Shown here: positions 24,808 to 27,668 of the stretch, one piece after another
Numbering within the stretch: position 1 is the first letter of the stretch
Layout: each line of letters opens with the position of its first letter
DNA from: Myxococcales bacterium
Lineage (GTDB): Bacteria; Myxococcota_A; UBA9042; JABWCM01; BTVJ01
NCBI GenBank assembly: GCA_045863395.1
Contig: BTVJ01000095.1
Span: forward strand, 1 to 27,668
Reading direction: 5' to 3'
Length of the DNA: 27,668 bases
Notes under the pieces: generated by a model
Seen by the model: only the letters and a program-made list of their open reading frames with translations
Databases searched by the model: none
What the model was told of the DNA's origin: nothing
Program-made: the position numbers and the translations under genes

Positions 24808-27024
24808 ATGGCGGAGGCAAGCCAGGCGGGCGAGAAGACACGGGCGCCGCGAGCCGTGGAGGACGTCAAGGCGCTCAACCTGGAGCTCCTCGACGCACTG
24901 GTCACGCGCCAGGAGGTCCTCATCGACCGGCGGATGCTGCTGGCCTACGACCCGCGCTCCATCCAGGCGACGGAGGCCACCCGCCACTACCCGGGCGAGG
25001 ACACCCTCGCCATGATGGACGAGGCCCAGCGCCGCGCCGAGCGCCGCATGACCGACGCCCGCGCCCGGGCCCGCCGCGCCGGCGTGGAGCTGCCCCTCGA
25101 CTCCCTGGTCGCAATCAACAACCTCACGGAGCTGGAGCAGGACATCCTGCACCTGGCGCTGGCCCCGGTGCTCGACGCGTCCTTCCGCAAGCGCATCGCG
25201 TTGTTCAAAGACAACATGCTCCTGTCCTACGCGGACGTGGACCTGGCGCTGGCGCTCCAGTTCGAGTCGCGGCGTGACCGCATGGCGGCCCGCGACGTGT
25301 TCCTGCCCTGGGGCCGCTTGGTGCGGGGCAAGCTCATCGAGCTGACCATGCCGCGGGACGCCCTGACCACGGACCACCTGCTCGCCAGCGAGATGCGGGT
25401 GCCCGACCGGGTCGTCAACCTGGTGCTCGGCCACGAGGTCATCGACCGTTCCATCGCGCTCTACTCGCGGCTGACCGTGCCGGAGGTGCCGCTCGACCGG
25501 GTGATCCTGCCCAAAGAGAGCATCGACGAGCTGCTGAGCATCATCGACCACTACGCGACCTTCCGCGCGGACGCCACGCGCATGGGTCTGCGCGACGTGC
25601 TCCCCGTGGGGCGCGGCCTGGTGATCCAGGTCTCGGGGCCCTCGGGCACGGGCAAGACCCTGCTCGTCCAGGCCATCGCCACGCGCCTCGGCGCCCGTCT
25701 GCTCGTGGCGGACGGCGGCAAGCTCGCCATCGAGGACCAGAAGTTCGACTCGGTGGTGGACAACCTCTTCTTCGAGGCCCGGCAGAGGAACGCCGTGCTG
25801 TGCCTGGACAACTGCGAGGCCCTGTTCAGCAACCGGAACCCGAAGCAGAACACGGTCTACCGCCACTTCGAGGAGCACAGCGGGGTCGTGGTCCTGGTGA
25901 CCAACGAGGCGGAGCGCCTCGACTTCACGCTGGAGCGCTGGGTCGCGTGGCACCTGAAGATCGAGGTGCCGGACGCGGCGCTGCGGGAGCGCATCTGGAA
26001 CCAGCACCTGCCGCAGGACGCGCCGACCGCGCAGGACGTGGACATCCCACTGTTGGCGCAGCAGTTCGAGTTCTCGGGGGGCCAGATCCGCAACGCGGTG
26101 CTCATCGCCATGAACCGCGCCCTGGCGCGAGGAGGCGGCGGGCCCGTCATCGACCACGCGCTGCTCGAGAAGAGCAGCTACGCCCAGCTCCGCGCGGACA
26201 TGGAGGAGTACAGCATCCGCAGCAAGGTCAAGCTGACCCTGTCTGATCTGATTCTGCCCGACAACGAGATGAGGCTGGTCCGGGAGGTCATCGACGCCGC
26301 CAAGATGCGCACCTTCGTCATGACCCACTGGGGCTTCGGCAAGCGGCTGTCCACCGGCAAGGGCCTCGCCATCCTGTTCAACGGGGAGCCGGGCACCGGC
26401 AAGACGCTCTGCGCCGAGATTCTGGCCGGCGAGCTGGGCCTCCAGCTCTTCCGCGTGTCGATTCCAAGGGTGGTCAGCAAGTGGGTGGGCGAGACGGAGA
26501 AGAACATCTCCAAGATCTTCCAGTCGGCGCGCGCGAGTCACTCGGTCATGCTCTTCGACGAGGCGGACGCCCTGTTCACGAGCCGCGTGAAGGTGGAGTC
26601 GTCCATCGACCGCTTCGCCAACATGGAGACGAACCTCCTGCTCCAAGAGATCGAGCGCTTCGAGGGGATCTGCATCCTGACGACCAACCACGAGAAGAAC
26701 ATGGACGAGGCGTTCCGCCGCCGTCTCCAGTTCAAGATCGACTTCCCCTTCCCCGACGACAAGCAGCGGGGCAAGATCTGGCGCACACTCATCCCGAAGG
26801 AGGCGCCAATAGCCGACGACATCGACTTCGACCTGCTGGGCAAGAACTTCGAGATCACGGGCGGCTACATCAAGAACGCCATCGTGCGGGCCGCCTACCG
26901 GGCCGCCGTGCACCACGAGTCGATCACCATGCGCCACATCGAGGAGAGCGCCGAGCAGGAGTGCAAGAACGCCGGCAAGATCTTCCGGTCCATCAACTCC
27001 CGAGACGATCACTTCCCGCTGTAG
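24808..27024 (+). CDS. Double AAA+ ATPase with N-terminal winged-helix-like domain (Afp15/Pvc15-like)
   Basis: ATG 24808 after GGAGGAG. N-domain LPLDSL...ILHLALAPVLD. Walker A motifs GPSGTGKT and GEPGTGKT; VVSKWVGETEKN, LFDEADALF, DRFANMETNLLLQ, ILTTN, DEAFRRR. Confidence 0.92.
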   Translation: MAEASQAGEKTRAPRAVEDVKALNLELLDALVTRQEVLIDRRMLLAYDPRSIQATEATRHYPGEDTLAMMDEAQRRAERRMTDARARARRAGVELPLDSLVAINNLTELEQDILHLALAPVLDASFRKRIALFKDNMLLSYADVDLALALQFESRRDRMAARDVFLPWGRLVRGKLIELTMPRDALTTDHLLASEMRVPDRVVNLVLGHEVIDRSIALYSRLTVPEVPLDRVILPKESIDELLSIIDHYATFRADATRMGLRDVLPVGRGLVIQVSGPSGTGKTLLVQAIATRLGARLLVADGGKLAIEDQKFDSVVDNLFFEARQRNAVLCLDNCEALFSNRNPKQNTVYRHFEEHSGVVVLVTNEAERLDFTLERWVAWHLKIEVPDAALRERIWNQHLPQDAPTAQDVDIPLLAQQFEFSGGQIRNAVLIAMNRALARGGGGPVIDHALLEKSSYAQLRADMEEYSIRSKVKLTLSDLILPDNEMRLVREVIDAAKMRTFVMTHWGFGKRLSTGKGLAILFNGEPGTGKTLCAEILAGELGLQLFRVSIPRVVSKWVGETEKNISKIFQSARASHSVMLFDEADALFTSRVKVESSIDRFANMETNLLLQEIERFEGICILTTNHEKNMDEAFRRRLQFKIDFPFPDDKQRGKIWRTLIPKEAPIADDIDFDLLGKNFEITGGYIKNAIVRAAYRAAVHHESITMRHIEESAEQECKNAGKIFRSINSRDDHFPL

Positions 27025-27191
27025 CCTGGGGCGGATCCGACCCCCGGAGCGCCGCTGGGCTGGCCTCGCAGACACGAGGACCCCGCAGGCAGCCGATCCT
27101 CCTGGCCCCCGGGCGTCCCCGGCGCGGCGCGCGGATCACGCGGCGCCACGCCGCACGTCTGGCTCATGGGTCCCACACTTGCGCGGCGCCC

Positions 27192-27420
27192 GAGGGAGGC
27201 CACGGCGGCGCGATGATCGTCCTCCAGCAACCGGAGGAGGGCGCAACCTACCGCATCGCAGTTCACGGGCAGGACGGCTCCGCGACCGCGCTCGCCACCG
27301 CCCGGGTCTACATCGGTCCTCGACCTGCAGGCGGGTCCCGGGGGCAGGCCCAGCGTGATCGCAGATCTCGAGTGGGATCACGAGACCGTCGCCCTCAACT
27401 CCGGTCCCGCAGGTAGGACC
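27192..27420 (+). pseudogene. Frameshifted remnant of a YfaP-like C-terminal domain, paralogous to the 2003..4090 protein
   Basis: EGGHGGAMIVLQQPEEGATYRIAVHGQDGSATALATARVYIG, then in another frame IADLEWDHETVALNSGPAG; compare GDGHGPEIATLPVPQAHAIYRIAVHVWD...TVRVFIDG...AAFVDWNIRKVGAIKSASGG. Confidence 0.6.
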
Positions 27421-27668
27421 ACGGCAGGCTGTGGTGTCCGGTGCACCACGTCGACGTGGCCGGCCCACCCACCGAGGCACCGCGCCCGCACGGGAGCTGC
27501 CCGACACCGACGAACCACCGGGCCCGGCCGTGCTCACCCGCGAAGGTCCAAGGCGAAGGAGATCGGGCTCTAGTAGGTCGTCGCCGAAATGATGATGCAA
27601 CCGGGAGGGCCGATCCATCCCCGCCGGACGCCCGGACCAAGCTTGAAATACCCTGAGTATTCCTGCGC

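Noticed and set aside
20070..27024. AAA ATPase + S8 protease as an IetAS-like toxin-antitoxin/defence pair
   Set aside because: The genes are on opposite strands and separated by another gene; the protease has a signal peptide and lies in a separate insert.
743..27075. Long antisense or alternative-frame ORFs (e.g. 743..1891-, 2369..3622+, 11213..12859+, 16475..18514-, 22907..25015+, 24610..27075-)
   Set aside because: Shadows of real genes caused by stop-codon scarcity at high GC; R/G/A/P-rich, with no motifs or SD.

Overview
A very GC-rich bacterial chromosomal segment. The many Cys-rich and Ig-like lipoproteins with D/A/G-rich linkers suggest Myxococcota (inference). It holds about 21 real genes; most other ORFs in the track are high-GC shadow frames. 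Housekeeping genes: dapD-dapE, two SDRs, a cyclophilin lipoprotein, an ABC1/UbiB-family kinase and a DUF1015 protein. Exported proteins: a TSP3-repeat protein with a (GDEP)n VNTR that the ORF track missed, an ASH/PKD/YfaP-like lipoprotein, a Cys-rich lipoprotein, a metzincin, a GH31 lipoprotein and a 4x carboxypeptidase-regulatory-like lipoprotein. An orphan Afp15/Pvc15-like double-AAA+ ATPase lies near the right end. Four observations stand out. (1) A ~2.9 kb integrase-free insert (subtilase + Cys-rich lipoprotein) is bracketed by a diverged duplication of the 3' end of the GH31 gene. (2) In that insert, a G12 homopolymer puts the subtilase signal peptide out of frame with the catalytic domain, which is either a phase-variation switch or an assembly error. 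(3) A stand-alone protein appears to consist only of two EAD (Death-like) adaptor domains. (4) A decayed copy of a YfaP-like C-terminal domain follows the ATPase. I recognised no rRNA, tRNA, CRISPR array, integrase or transposase. All family calls come from motif recognition by eye, not database searches.
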